A stretch of DNA of 64,000 nucleotides, from the NCBI GenBank assembly GCA_964016885.1, contig OZ024744.1, positions 128,340,001 to 128,404,000 on the forward strand, given 5' to 3'. Below the pieces are notes generated by a model. It was not told the origin of the DNA and searched no databases. It saw nothing but the letters and a program-made list of their open reading frames with translations. Shown here one piece after another: positions 1 through 12,000 of the stretch (positions are counted from its first letter, which is position 1; each line of letters begins with the position of its first letter). This DNA comes from Eledone cirrhosa (taxonomy: Eukaryota). Made by a program: the position numbers and the translations under genes.

Positions 1-657
1 TTTGGGGTTAAGTTAAGTTGGGGGTAAGAGAAGTTGGGGCTAAGTTAAGTTGGGGATAAGTCAAGTTGGGGTTAAGTCAAGTTGAGGTTAACTTAAGTTG
101 GGGTTAAGTTAAGTTGGGGTTAAGTTAAGTTGGGGTTAAGGTAAGTTGGGGTTAAGTTAAGTTGAGGGTAAGTTAAGTTGGGGTTCAGTTAAGTTGGGGT
201 TAAATTAAGTTGGGGGTAAGTTAAGTTGGGGGTAAGTTAAGTTGGGGTTAAGTTAAGTTGGGGTTAAATTAAGTTGAGGTTAAGTTAAGTTGGGGTTAAG
301 TTAAATTGGGGTTAATTTAAGTTGGGGGTAAGATAAGTTGGGGCTAAGTTAAGTTGGGGCTAAGTCAAGTTGGGGTTAAGTCAAGTTGAGGTTAACTTAA
401 GTTGGGGTTATGTTAAGTTGGGGCTAAGTTAAGTTGGGGCTCAGTTAAGTTGGGGCTGAGTTAAGTTGGGGTTAAGTTAAGTTGGGATTAAGTTAAGTTG
501 GGGTTAAGTTAAGTTCGGCTTGAGTTAAGTTGGGGTTAAGTTAAGTTGGGGTTAATTTAAGTTGGGGTTAAATTAAGTTGGGGTTAAGATAAGTTGGGGT
601 TAAGTTAAGTTAGGGTTAAGTTAAGTTGGGGTTGAGTTAATTTGGGGTTAAGTTAAG

Positions 658-727
658 TTGGGGTTAACTTAAGTTGGGGTTAAGTTGGGGTTAACTTAAG
701 TTGGGGTTAAGTTGGGGTTAACTTAAG
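658..727 (+). repeat. 27-bp composite subrepeat (16-mer TTGGGGTTAACTTAAG + 11-mer TTGGGGTTAAG), ~2.5 copies
   Basis: Read directly. The same block recurs at ~3550-3620, ~5237-5305 and ~8366-8435. Each 16-mer junction carries the perfect palindrome AACTTAAGTT. Confidence 0.85.
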
Positions 728-3700
728 TTGGGGTTAAGTTAAGTTGGGGGTAGGTTAAGTTGGGGGCAAGTTAAGTTGGGGTTAAGTTAAGTTGGGGTTA
801 AGTTAAGTTGGGTTTCAGTTAAGTTGGGGCTAAGTTAAGTTGGGGCTAAGTTAAGTTGGGGCTGAGTTAAGTTGGGGTTAAGTTAAGTTGGGGTTGAATT
901 AAGTTGGGGTTATGTTAAGTTAGGGTTGAGTTAAGTTGGGGTTGAGTTAAGTTGGGGTTAAGTTAAGTTGGCGTTAAGTTAAGTTGGGGTTAATTTACGT
1001 TGGGGTTGAGTTAATTTGGGTTTAAGTTAAGTTGGGCTTAACTTACCTGGGGTTAAGTTGGGGTTAAGTTAAGTTGGGGTTAAGTTAAGTTGGGGGTAAG
1101 TTAAGTTGGGGGCAAGTTAAGTTGGGGTTAATTTAAGTTGGGGTTAAGTTAAGTTGGGGTTATGTTAAGTTGGGGTTAAGTTAAGTTGGGGTTAAGTTAA
1201 GTTGGGGGTAACTTAAGTTGGGGTTAAGTTAAGTTGAGGGTAAGTTAAGTTGAGGGTAAGTTAAATTGAGGTTAAGTTAAGTTGGGGTTAAGTTAAGTTG
1301 GGGGTAAGTTAAGTTGGGGTTAAGTTAAGTTGGGGATAAATTAAGTTGAGGTTAAGTTAATTTGGGGTTAAGTTAAGTTGGGGTTAAGTTAAGGGTAAGA
1401 GAAGTTGGGGCTAAGTTAAGTTGGGGCTAAGTCAAGTTGGGGTTAAGTCAAGTTGAGGTTAACTTAAGTTGGGGTTAAGTTAAGTTGGGGTTAAGTTAAG
1501 TTGGGGTTAAGGTAAGTTGGGGTTAAGTTAAGTTGAGGGTAAGTTAAGTTGGAGTTCAGTTAAGTTGGGGTTAAATTAAGTTGGGGGTAAGTTAAGTTGG
1601 GGGTAAGTTAAGTTGGGGTTAATTTAAGTTGGGGTTAAATTAAGTTGAGGTTAAGTTAAGTTGGGGTTAAGTTAAATTGGGGTTAATTTAAGTTGGGGGT
1701 AAGATAAGTTGGGGCTAAGTTAAGTTGGGGCTAAGTCAAGTTGGGGTTAAGTCAAGTTGAGGTTAACTTAAGTTGGGGTTATGTTAAGTTGGGGCTAAGT
1801 TAAGTTGGGGCTAAGTTAAGTTGGGGCTGAGTTAAGTTGGGGTTAAGTTAAGTTGGGGTTAAGTTAAGTTCGGCTTGAGTTAAGTTGGGGTTAAGTTAAG
1901 TTGGGGTTAATTTAAGTTGGGGTTAAGTTAAGTTGGGGTTAAGATATGTTGGGGTTAAGTTAAGTTGGGGTTAAGTTAAGTTGGGGTTGAGTTAATTTGG
2001 GGTTAAGTTAAGTTGGGGTTAAGTTAAGTTGGGGTTAAGTTAAGTTGGGGTTAAGTTAAGTTGGGGGTAGGTTAAGTTGGGGGCAAGTTAAGTTGGGGTT
2101 AAGTTAAGTTGGGGTTAAGTTAAGTTGGGTTTCAGTTAAGTTGGGGCTAAGTTAAGTTGGGGCTAAGTTAAGTTGGGGCTGAGTTAAGTTGGGGTTAAGT
2201 TAAGTTGGGGTTGAATTAAGTTGGGGTTATGTTAAGTTAGGGTTGAGTTAAGTTGGGGTTGAGTTAAGTTGGGGTTAAGTTAAGTTGGCGTTAAGTTAAG
2301 TTGGGGTTAAGCTAAGTTGGGGTTAAGTTAATTTGCGGTTAAGTTAGGTTGTGGGTTAAGTTAAGTTGGGGGTAAGTTAAGTTGGGGGTAAGTTAAGTTG
2401 GGGTTAAATTAAGTTGGGGTTAAGTTAAGTTGGGGTTAAGTTAAGTTGGGGTTAAGTTAAGTTGGGGTTAAGTTAAGTTGGCGTTAAGTTAAGTTGGGGT
2501 AAAGTTAAGTTGGGGTAAAGTTAAGTTGGGGTTAAGTTAAGTTGGGGTTAAGTTAAGTTGGGGTTAAGTTAAGTTGGGGTTAAGTCAAGTTGGGGTTAAG
2601 TCAAGTTGGGGTTAAGTCAAGTTGGTGTTAAGTTAAGTTGGGGTTAAGTTAAGTTGGGGGTAAGTTAAGTTGGGTGTAAGTTAAGTTGGGGTTAAGTTAA
2701 GTTGTGGTTAAGTTCAGTTTGGGTTAAGTTAAGTTGGGGTTAAGTTAAGTTGGGGTTAAGTTAAGTTGGGGGTAACTTAAGTTGGGGTTAAGTTAAGTTG
2801 AGGGTAAGTTAAGTTGAGGGTAAGTTAAATTGAGGTTAAGTTAAGTTGGGAATAAGTTAAGTTGGGGGTAAGTTAAGTTGGGGGTAAGTTAAGTTGGGGT
2901 TAAGTTAAGTTGGGGATAAATTAAGTTGAGGTTAAGTTAATTTGGGGTTAAGTTAAGTTGGGGGTAAGAGAAGTTGGGGCTAAGTTAAGTTGGGGATAAG
3001 TCAAGTTGGGGTTAAGTCAAGTTGAGGTTAACTTAAGTTGGGGTTAAGTTAAGTTGGGGTTAAGTTAAGTTGGGGTTAAGGTAAGTTGGGGTTAAGTTAA
3101 GTTGAGGGTAAGTTAAGTTGGGGTTCAGTTAAGTTGGGGTTAAATTAAGTTGGGGGTAAGTTAAGTTGGGGGTAAGTTAAGTTGGGGTTAAGTTAAATTG
3201 GGGTTAATTTAAGTTGGGGGTAAGATAAGTTGGGGCTAAGTTAAGTTGGGGCTAAGTCAAGTTGGGGTTAAGTCAAGTTGAGGTTAACTTAAGTTGGGGT
3301 TATGTTAAGTTGGGGCTAAGTTAAGTTGGGGCTCAGTTAAGTTGGGGCTGAGTTAAGTTGGGGTTAAGTTAAGTTGGGATTAAGTTAAGTTGGGGTTAAG
3401 TTAAGTTCGGCTTGAGTTAAGTTGGGGTTAAGTTAAGTTGGGGTTAATTTAAGTTGGGGTTAAATTAAGTTGGGGTTAAGATAAGTTGGGGTTAAGTTAA
3501 GTTAGGGTTAAGTTAAGTTGGGGTTGAGTTAATTTGGGGTTAAGTTAAGTTGGGGTTAACTTAAGTTGGGGTTAAGTTGGGGTTAACTTAAGTTGGGGTT
3601 AAGTTGGGGTTAACTTAAGTTGGGGTTAAGTTAAGTTGGGGGTAGGTTAAGTTGGGGGCAAGTTAAGTTGGGGTTAAGTTAAGTTGGGGTTAAGTTAAGT

Positions 3701-6700
3701 TGGGTTTCAGTTAAGTTGGGGCTAAGTTAAGTTGGGGCTAAGTTAAGTTGGGGCTGAGTTAAGTTGGGGTTAAGTTAAGTTGGGGTTGAATTAAGTTGGG
3801 GTTATGTTAAGTTAGGGTTGAGTTAAGTTGGGGTTGAGTTAAGTTGGGGTTAAGTTAAGTTGGCGTTAAGTTAAGTTGGGGTTAAGCTAAGTTGGGGTTA
3901 AGTTAATTTGCGGTTAAGTTAGGTTGTGGGTTAAGTTAAGTTGGGGGTAAGTTAAGTTGGGGGTAAGTTAAGTTGGGGTTAAATTAAGTTGGGGTTAAGT
4001 TAAGTTGGGGTTAAGTTAAGTTGGGGTTAAGTTAAGTTGGGGTTAAGTTAAGTTGGCGTTAAGTTAAGTTGGGGTAAAGTTAAGTTGGGGTAAAGTTAAG
4101 TTGGGGTTAAGTTAAGTTGGGGTTAAGTTAAGTTGGGTTAAGTTAAGTTGGGGTTAAGTCAAGTTGGGGTTAAGTCAAGTTGGGGTTAAGTCAAGTTGGG
4201 GTTAAGTTAAGTTGGGGTTAAGTTAAGTTGGGGGTAAGTTAAGTTGGGTGTAAGTTAAGTTGGGGTTAAGTTAAGTTGTGGTTAAGTTCAGTTTGGGTTA
4301 AGTTAAGTTGGGGTTAAGTTAAGCTGGGGGTAAGTTAAGTTGGGTGTAAGTTAAGTTGGGGTTAAGTTAAGTTGGGGTTAAGTTAAGTTGGGGTTAAGTT
4401 AAGTTGGGGGTAACTTAAGTTGGGGTTAAGTTAAGTTGAGGGTAAGTTAAGTTGAGGGTAAGTTAAATTGAGGTTAAGTTAAGTTGGGGTTAAGTTAAGT
4501 TGGGGGTAAGTTAAGTTGGGGGTAACTTAAGTTGGGGTTAAGTTAAGTTGGGGATAAATTAAGTTGAGGTTAAGTTAATTTGGGGTTAAGTTAAGTTGGG
4601 GGTAAGAGAAGTTGGGGCTAAGTTAAGTTGGGGATAAGTCAAGTTGGGGTTAAGTCAAGTTGAGGTTAACTTAAGTTGGGGTTAAGTTAAGTTGGGGTTA
4701 AGTTAAGTTGGGGTTAAGGTAAGTTGGGGTTAAGTTAAGTTGAGGGTAAGTTAAGTTGGGGTTCAGTTAAGTTGGGGTTAAATTAAGTTGGGGGTAAGTT
4801 AAGTTGGGGGTAAGTTAAGTTGGGGTTAAGTTAAGTTGGGGTTAAATTAAGTTGAGGTTAAGTTAAGTTGGGGTTAAGTTAAATTGGGGTTAATTTAAGT
4901 TGGGGGTAAGATAAGTTGGGGCTAAGTTAAGTTGGGGCTAAGTCAAGTTGGGGTTAAGTCAAGTTGAGGTTAACTTAAGTTGGGGTTATGTTAAGTTGGG
5001 GCTAAGTTAAGTTGGGGCTCAGTTAAGTTGGGGCTGAGTTAAGTTGGGGTTAAGTTAAGTTGGGATTAAGTTAAGTTGGGGTTAAGTTAAGTTCGGCTTG
5101 AGTTAAGTTGGGGTTAAGTTAAGTTGGGGTTAATTTAAGTTGGGGTTAAATTAAGTTGGGGTTAAGATAAGTTGGGGTTAAGTTAAGTTAGGGTTAAGTT
5201 AAGTTGGGGTTGAGTTAATTTGGGGTTAAGTTAAGTTGGGGTTAACTTAAGTTGGGGTTAAGTTGGGGTTAACTTAAGTTGGGGTTAAGTTGGGGTTAAC
5301 TTAAGTTGGGGTTAAGTTAAGTTGGGGGTAGGTTAAGTTGGGGGCAAGTTAAGTTGGGGTTAAGTTAAGTTGGGGTTAAGTTAAGTTGGGTTTCAGTTAA
5401 GTTGGGGCTAAGTTAAGTTGGGGCTAAGTTAAGTTGGGGCTGAGTTAAGTTGGGGTTAAGTTAAGTTGGGGTTGAATTAAGTTGGGGTTATGTTAAGTTA
5501 GGGTTGAGTTAAGTTGGGGTTGAGTTAAGTTGGGGTTAAGTTAAGTTGGCGTTAAGTTAAGTTGGGGTTAAGCTAAGTTGGGGTTAAGTTAATTTGCGGT
5601 TAAGTTAGGTTGTGGGTTAAGTTAAGTTGGGGGTAAGTTAAGTTGGGGGTAAGTTAAGTTGGGGTTAAATTAAGTTGGGGTTAAGTTAAGTTGGGGTTAA
5701 GTTAAGTTGGGGTTAAGTTAAGTTGGCGTTAAGTTAAGTTGGGGTAAAGTTAAGTTGGGGTAAAGTTAAGTTGGGGTTAAGTTAAGTTGGGGTTAAGTTA
5801 AGTTGGGTTAAGTTAAGTTGGGGTTAAGTCAAGTTGGGGTTAAGTCAAGTTGGGGTTAAGTCAAGTTGGGGTTAAGTTAAGTTGGGGTTAAGTTAAGTTG
5901 GGGGTAAGTTAAGTTGGGTGTAAGTTAAGTTGGGGTTAAGTTAAGTTGTGGTTAAGTTCAGTTTGGGTTAAGTTAAGTTGGGGTTAAGTTAAGCTGGGGG
6001 TAAGTTAAGTTGGGTGTAAGTTAAGTTGGGGTTAAATTAAGTTGGGGTTAAGTTAAGTTGGGGTTATGTTAAGTTGGGGTTAAGTTAAGTTGGGGTTAAG
6101 TTAAGTTGGGGTTAAGTTAAGTTGAGGTTAAGTTAAGTTGGAGTTAAGTTAAGTTGGGGTTAAGTTAAGTTGGAGTTAAGTTAAGTTGGGGTTAAGCTAA
6201 GTTGGGGTTAAGTTTATTTGCGGTTAAGTTAGGTTGTGGGTTAAGTTAAGTTGGGGTTAAGTTAAGCTGGGGTTAAGTTAGGGTAAGTTAAGTTGGGGGT
6301 AAGTTAAGTTGGGGTTAAGTTAAGTTGGGGTTAAGTTAAGTTGGGATTAAGTTAAGTTGGGGTTAAGTTAAGTTGGGGTTGAGTTAAGTTGGGGTTAAGT
6401 TAAGTTGGGGTTAAGTTAAGTTGGGGTTAAGTTAAGTTGGGGTTAAGTTAAGTTGGGGGTAAGTTAAGTTGGGGGCAAGTTAAGTTGGGGTTAAGTTAAG
6501 TTGGGGTTAAGTTAAGTTGGGGTTAATTTAAGTTGGGGTTAAGTTAAGTTGGGGTTAAGTTAAGTTAGGGTTAATTTCAGTTGGGGTTATGTTAAGTTGG
6601 GGTTAAGTTAAGTTGGAGTTAAGTTAAGTTGGAGTTAAGTTAAGTTGGGGTTAAGCTAAGTTGGGGTTCAGTTAAGTTGGGGTTAAGTTAATTTGGGGCT

Positions 6701-9059
6701 GAGTTAAGTTGGGGTTAAGTTAAGATCGGGTTGAGTTAAGTTGGGGTTAAGTTAAGTTGGGGTTAAGTTAAGTTGGGGTTAAGTTAAGTTGGGGTTAAGA
6801 TAAGTTGGGGTTAAGTTAAGTTGGGGTTAATTTACGTTGGGGTTGAGTTAATTTGGGTTTAAGTTAAGTTGGGCTTAACTTACTTGGGGTTAAGTTGGGG
6901 TTAAGTTAAGTTGGGGTTAAGTTAAGTTGGGGGTAAGTTAAGTTGGGGGCAAGTTAAGTTGGGGTTAATTTAAGTTGGGGTTAAGTTAAGTTGGGGTAAT
7001 GTTAAGTTGGGGTTAAGTTAAGTTGGGGTTAAGTTAAGTTGGGGGTAACTTAAGTTGGGGTTAAGTTAAGTTGAGGGTAAGTTAAGTTGAGGGTAAGTTA
7101 AATTGAGGTTAAGTTAAGTTGGGGTTAAGTTAAGTTGGGGGTAAGTTAAGTTGGGGTTAAGTTAAGTTGGGGATAAATTAAGTTGAGGTTAAGTTAATTT
7201 GGGGTTAAGTTAAGTTGGGGTTAAGTTAAGTTGGGGGTAAGAGAAGTTGGGGCTAAGTTAAGTTGGGGCTAAGTCAAGTTGGGGTTAAGTCAAGTTGAGG
7301 TTAACTTAAGTTGGGGTTAAGTTAAGTTGGGGTTAAGTTAAGTTGGGGTTAAGGTAAGTTGGGGTTAAGTTAAGTTGAGGGTAAGTTAAGTTGGGGTTCA
7401 GTTAAGTTGGGGTTAAATTAAGTTGGGGGTAAGTTAAGTTGGGGGTAAGTTAAGTTGGGGTTAATTTAAGTTGGGGTTAAATTAAGTTGAGGTTAAGTTA
7501 AGTTGGGGTTAAGTTAAATTGGGGTTAATTTAAGTTGGGGGTAAGATAAGTTGGGGCTAAGTTAAGTTGGGGCTAAGTCAAGTTGGGGTTAAGTCAAGTT
7601 GAGGTTAACTTAAGTTGGGGTTATGTTAAGTTGGGGTTAAGTTAAGTTGGGGCAAGTTAAGTTGGGGTTAATTTAAGTTGGGGTTAAGTTAAGTTGGGGT
7701 TATGTTAAGTTGGGGTTAAGTTAAGTTGGGGTTAAGTTAAGTTGGGGGTAAGTTAAGTTGGGGTTAAGTTAAGTTGGGGGTAAGTTAAGTTGAGGGTAAG
7801 TTAAGTTGGGGTTAAGTCAAGTTGGGGTTAAGTTAAGTTGGGGTTAAGTTAAGTTGGGGTTCAGTTAAGTTGGGGTTGAGTTAAGTTGGGGTTGAGTTAA
7901 GTTGGGGTTAAGTTAAGTTGGGTGTAAGTTAAGTTGGGGTTAAGTTAAGTTGGGGTTAAGTTAAGTTGGGGTTAAATTAAGTTGAGGTTAAGTTAAGTTG
8001 GGGTTAAGTTAAATTGGGGTTAATTTAAGTTGGGGGTAAGATAAGTTGGGGCTAAGTTAAGTTGGGGCTAAGTCAAGTTGGGGTTAAGTCAAGTTGAGGT
8101 TAACTTAAGTTGGGGTTATGTTAAGTTGGGGCTAAGTTAAGTTGGGGCTCAGTTAAGTTGGGGCTGAGTTAAGTTGGGGTTAAGTTAAGTTGGGATTAAG
8201 TTAAGTTGGGGTTAAGTTAAGTTCGGCTTGAGTTAAGTTGGGGTTAAGTTAAGTTGGGGTTAATTTAAGTTGGGGTTAAATTAAGTTGGGGTTAAGATAA
8301 GTTGGGGTTAAGTTAAGTTAGGGTTAAGTTAAGTTGGGGTTGAGTTAATTAGGGGTTAAGTTAAGTTGGGGTTAACTTAAGTTGGGGTTAAGTTGGGGTT
8401 AACTTAAGTTGGGGTTAAGTTGGGGTTAACTTAAGTTGGGGTTAAGTTAAGTTGGGGGTAGGTTAAGTTGGGGGCAAGTTAAGTTGGGGTTAAGTTAAGT
8501 TGGGGTTAAGTTAAGTTGGGTTTCAGTTAAGTTGGGGCTAAGTTAAGTTGGGGCTAAGTTAAGTTGGGGCTGAGTTAAGTTGGGGTTAAGTTAAGTTGGG
8601 GTTGAATTAAGTTGGGGTTATGTTAAGTTAGGGTTGAGTTAAGTTGGGGTTGAGTTAAGTTGGGGTTAAGTTAAGTTGGCGTTAAGTTAAGTTGGGGTTA
8701 AGCTAAGTTGGGGTTAAGTTAATTTGCGGTTAAGTTAGGTTGTGGGTTAAGTTAAGTTGGGGGTAAGTTAAGTTGGGGGTAAGTTAAGTTGGGGTTAAAT
8801 TAAGTTGGGGTTAAGTTAAGTTGGGGTTAAGTTAAGTTGGGGTTAAGTTAAGTTGGGGTTAAGTTAAGTTGGCGTTACGTTAAGTTGGGGTAAAGTTAAG
8901 TTGGGGTAAAGTTAAGTTGGGGTTAAGTTAAGTTGGGGTTAAGTTAAGTTGGGGTTAAGTTAAGTTGGGGTTAAGTCAAGTTGGGGTTAAGTCAAGTTGG
9001 GGTTAAGTCAAGTTGGGGTTAAGTTAAGTTGGGGTTAAGTTAAGTTGGGGGTAAGTTAA

Positions 9060-12000
9060 GTTGGGTGTAAGTTAAGTTGGGGTTAAGTTAAGTTGTGGTT
9101 AAGTTCAGTTTGGGTTAAGTTAAATTGGGGTTAAGTTAAGCTGGGGGTAAGTTAAGTTGGGTGTAAGTTAAGTTGGGGTTAAATTAAGTTGGGGTTAAGT
9201 TAAGTTGGGGTTATGTTAAGTTGGGGTTAAGTTAAGTTGGGGTTAAGTTAAGTTGGGGTTAAGTTAAGTTGAGGTTAAGTTAAGTTGGAGTTAAGTTAAG
9301 TTGGGGTTAAGTTAAGTTGGAGTTAAGTTAAGTTGGGGTTAAGCTAAGTTGGGGTTAAGTTTATTTGCGGTTAAGTTAGGTTGTGGGTTAAGTTAAGTTG
9401 GGGTTAAGTTAAGCTGGGGTTAAGTTAGGGTAAGTTAAGTTGGGGGTAAGTTAAGTTGGGGTTAAGTTAAGTTGGGGTTAAGTTAAGTTGGGATTAAGTT
9501 AAGTTGGGGTTAAGTTAAGTTGGGGTTGAGTTAAGTTGGGGTTAAGTTAAGTTGGGGTTAAGTTAAGTTGGGGTTAAGTTAAGTTGGGGTTAAGTTAAGT
9601 TGGGGGTAAGTTAAGTTGGGGGCAAGTTAAGTTGGGGTTAAGTTAAGTTGGGGTTAAGTTAAGTTGGGGTTAAGTTAAGTTGGGGTTAAGTTAAGTTGGG
9701 GTTAAGTTAAGTTAGGGTTAATTTCAGTTGGGGTTATGTTAAGTTGGGGTTAAGTTAAGTTGGAGTTAAGTTAAGTTGGAGTTAAGTTAAGTTGGGGTTA
9801 AGCTAAGTTGGGGTTCAGTTAAGTTGGGGTTAAGTTAATTTGGGGCTGAGTTAAGTTGGGGTTAAGTTAAGATCGGGTTGAGTTAAGTTGGGGTTAAGTT
9901 AAGTTGGGGTTAAGTTAAGTTGGGGTTAAGTTAAGTTGGGGTTAAGATAAGTTGGGGTTAAGTTAAGTTGGGGTTAATTTACGTTGGGGTTGAGTTAATT
10001 TGGGTTTAAGTTAAGTTGGGCTTAACTTACTTGGGGTTAAGTTGGGGTTAAGTTAAATTGGGGTTAAGTTAAGTTGGGGGTAAGTTAAGTTGGGGGCAAG
10101 TTAAGTTGGGGTTAATTTAAGTTGGGGTTAAGTTAAGTTGGGGTTATGTTAAGTTGGGGTTAAGTTAAGTTGGGGTTAAGTTAAGTTGGGGGTAACTTAA
10201 GTTGGGGTTAAGTTAAGTTGAGGGTAAGTTAAGTTGAGGGTAAGTTAAATTGAGGTTAAGTTAAGTTGGGGTTAAGTTAAGTTGGGGGTAAGTTAAGTTG
10301 GGGTTAAGTTAAGTTGGGGATAAATTAAGTTGAGGTTAAGTTAATTTGGGGTTACGTTAAGTTGGGGTTAAGTTAAGTTGGGGGTAAGAGAAGTTGGGGC
10401 TAAGTTAAGTTGGGGCTAAGTCAAGTTGGGGTTAAGTCAAGTTGAGGTTAACTTAAGTTGGGGTTAAGTTAAGTTGGGGTTAAGTTAAGTTGGGGTTAAG
10501 GTAAGTTGGGGTTAAGTTAAGTTGAGGGTAAGTTAAGTTGGGGTTCAGTTAAGTTGGGGTTAAATTAAGTTGGGGGTAAGTTAAGTTGGGGGTAAGTTAA
10601 GTTGGGGTTAATTTAAGTTGGGGTTAAATTAAGTTGAGGTTAAGTTAAGTTGGGGTTAAGTTAAATTGGGGTTAATTTAAGTTGGGGGTAAGATAAGTTG
10701 GGGCTAAGTTAAGTTGGGGCTAAGTCAAGTTGGGGTTAAGTCAAGTTGAGGTTAACTTAAGTTGGGGTTATGTTAAGTTGGGGCTAAGTTAAGTTGGGGC
10801 TAAGTTAAGTTGGGGCTGAGTTAAGTTGGGGTTAAGTTAAGTTGGGGTTAAGTTAAGTTCGGCTTGAGTTAAGTTGGGGTTAAGTTAAGTTGGGGTTAAT
10901 TTAAGTTGGGGTTAAGTTAAGTTGGGGTTAAGATAAGTTGGGGTTAAGTTAAGTTGGGGTTAAGTTAAGTTGGGGTTGAGTTAATTTGGGGTTAAGTGAA
11001 GTTGGGGTTAAGTTAAGTTGGGGTTAAGTTAAGTTGGGGTTAAGTTAAGTTGGGGGTAGGTTAAGTTGGGGGCAAGTTAAGTTGGGGTTAAGTTAAGTTG
11101 GGGTTAAGTTAAGTTGGGTTTCAGTTAAGTTGGGGCTAAGTTAAGTTGGGGCTAAGTTAAGTTGGGGCTGAGTTAAGTTGGGGTTAAGTTAAGTTGGGGT
11201 TGAATTAAGTTGGGGTTATGTTAAGTTAGGGTTGAGTTAAGTTGGGGTTGAGTTAAGTTGGGGTTAAGTTAAGTTGGCGTTAAGTTAAGTTGGGGTTAAG
11301 CTAAGTTGGGGTTAAGTTAATTTGCGGTTAAGTTAGGTTGTGGGTTAAGTTAAGTTGGGGGTAAGTTAAGTTGGGGGTAAGTTAAGTTGGGGTTAAATTA
11401 AGTTGGGGTTAAGTTAAGTTGGGGTTAAGTTAAGTTGGGGTTAAGTTAAGTTGGGGTTAAGTTAAGTTGGCGTTAAGTTAAGTTGGGGTAAAGTTAAGTT
11501 GGGGTAAAGTTAAGTTGGGGTTAAGTTAAGTTGGGGTTAAGTTAAGTTGGGGTTAAGTTAAGTTGGGGTTAAGTCAAGTTGGGGTTAAGTCAAGTTGGGG
11601 TTAAGTCAAGTTGGTGTTAAGTTAAGTTGGGGTTAAGTTAAGTTGGGGGTAAGTTAAGTTGGGTGTAAGTTAAGTTGGCGTTAAGTTAAGTTGTGGTTAA
11701 GTTCAGTTTGGGTTAAGTTAAGTTGGGGTTAAGTTAAGCTGGGGGTAAGTTAAGTTGGGTGTAAGTTAAGTTGGGGTTAAATTAAGTTGGGGTTAAGTTA
11801 AGTTGGGGTTATGTTAAGTTGGGGTTAAGTTAAGTTGGGGTTAAGTTAAGTTGGGGTTAAGTTAAGTTGAGGTTAAGTTAAGTTGGAGTTAAGTTAAGTT
11901 GGGGTTAAGTTAAGTTGGAGTTAAGTTAAGTTGGGGTTAAGCTAAGTTGGGGTTAAGTTAATTTGCGGTTAAGTTAGGTTGTGGGTTAAGTTAAGTTGGG

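Noticed and set aside
90-99. AACTTAAGTT palindromes as terminators, operators or hairpin telomere sites
   Set aside because: Each arises from a single G>C change in a TTAA-rich unit, is only 10 bp with no loop, and has no gene context or strand switch.
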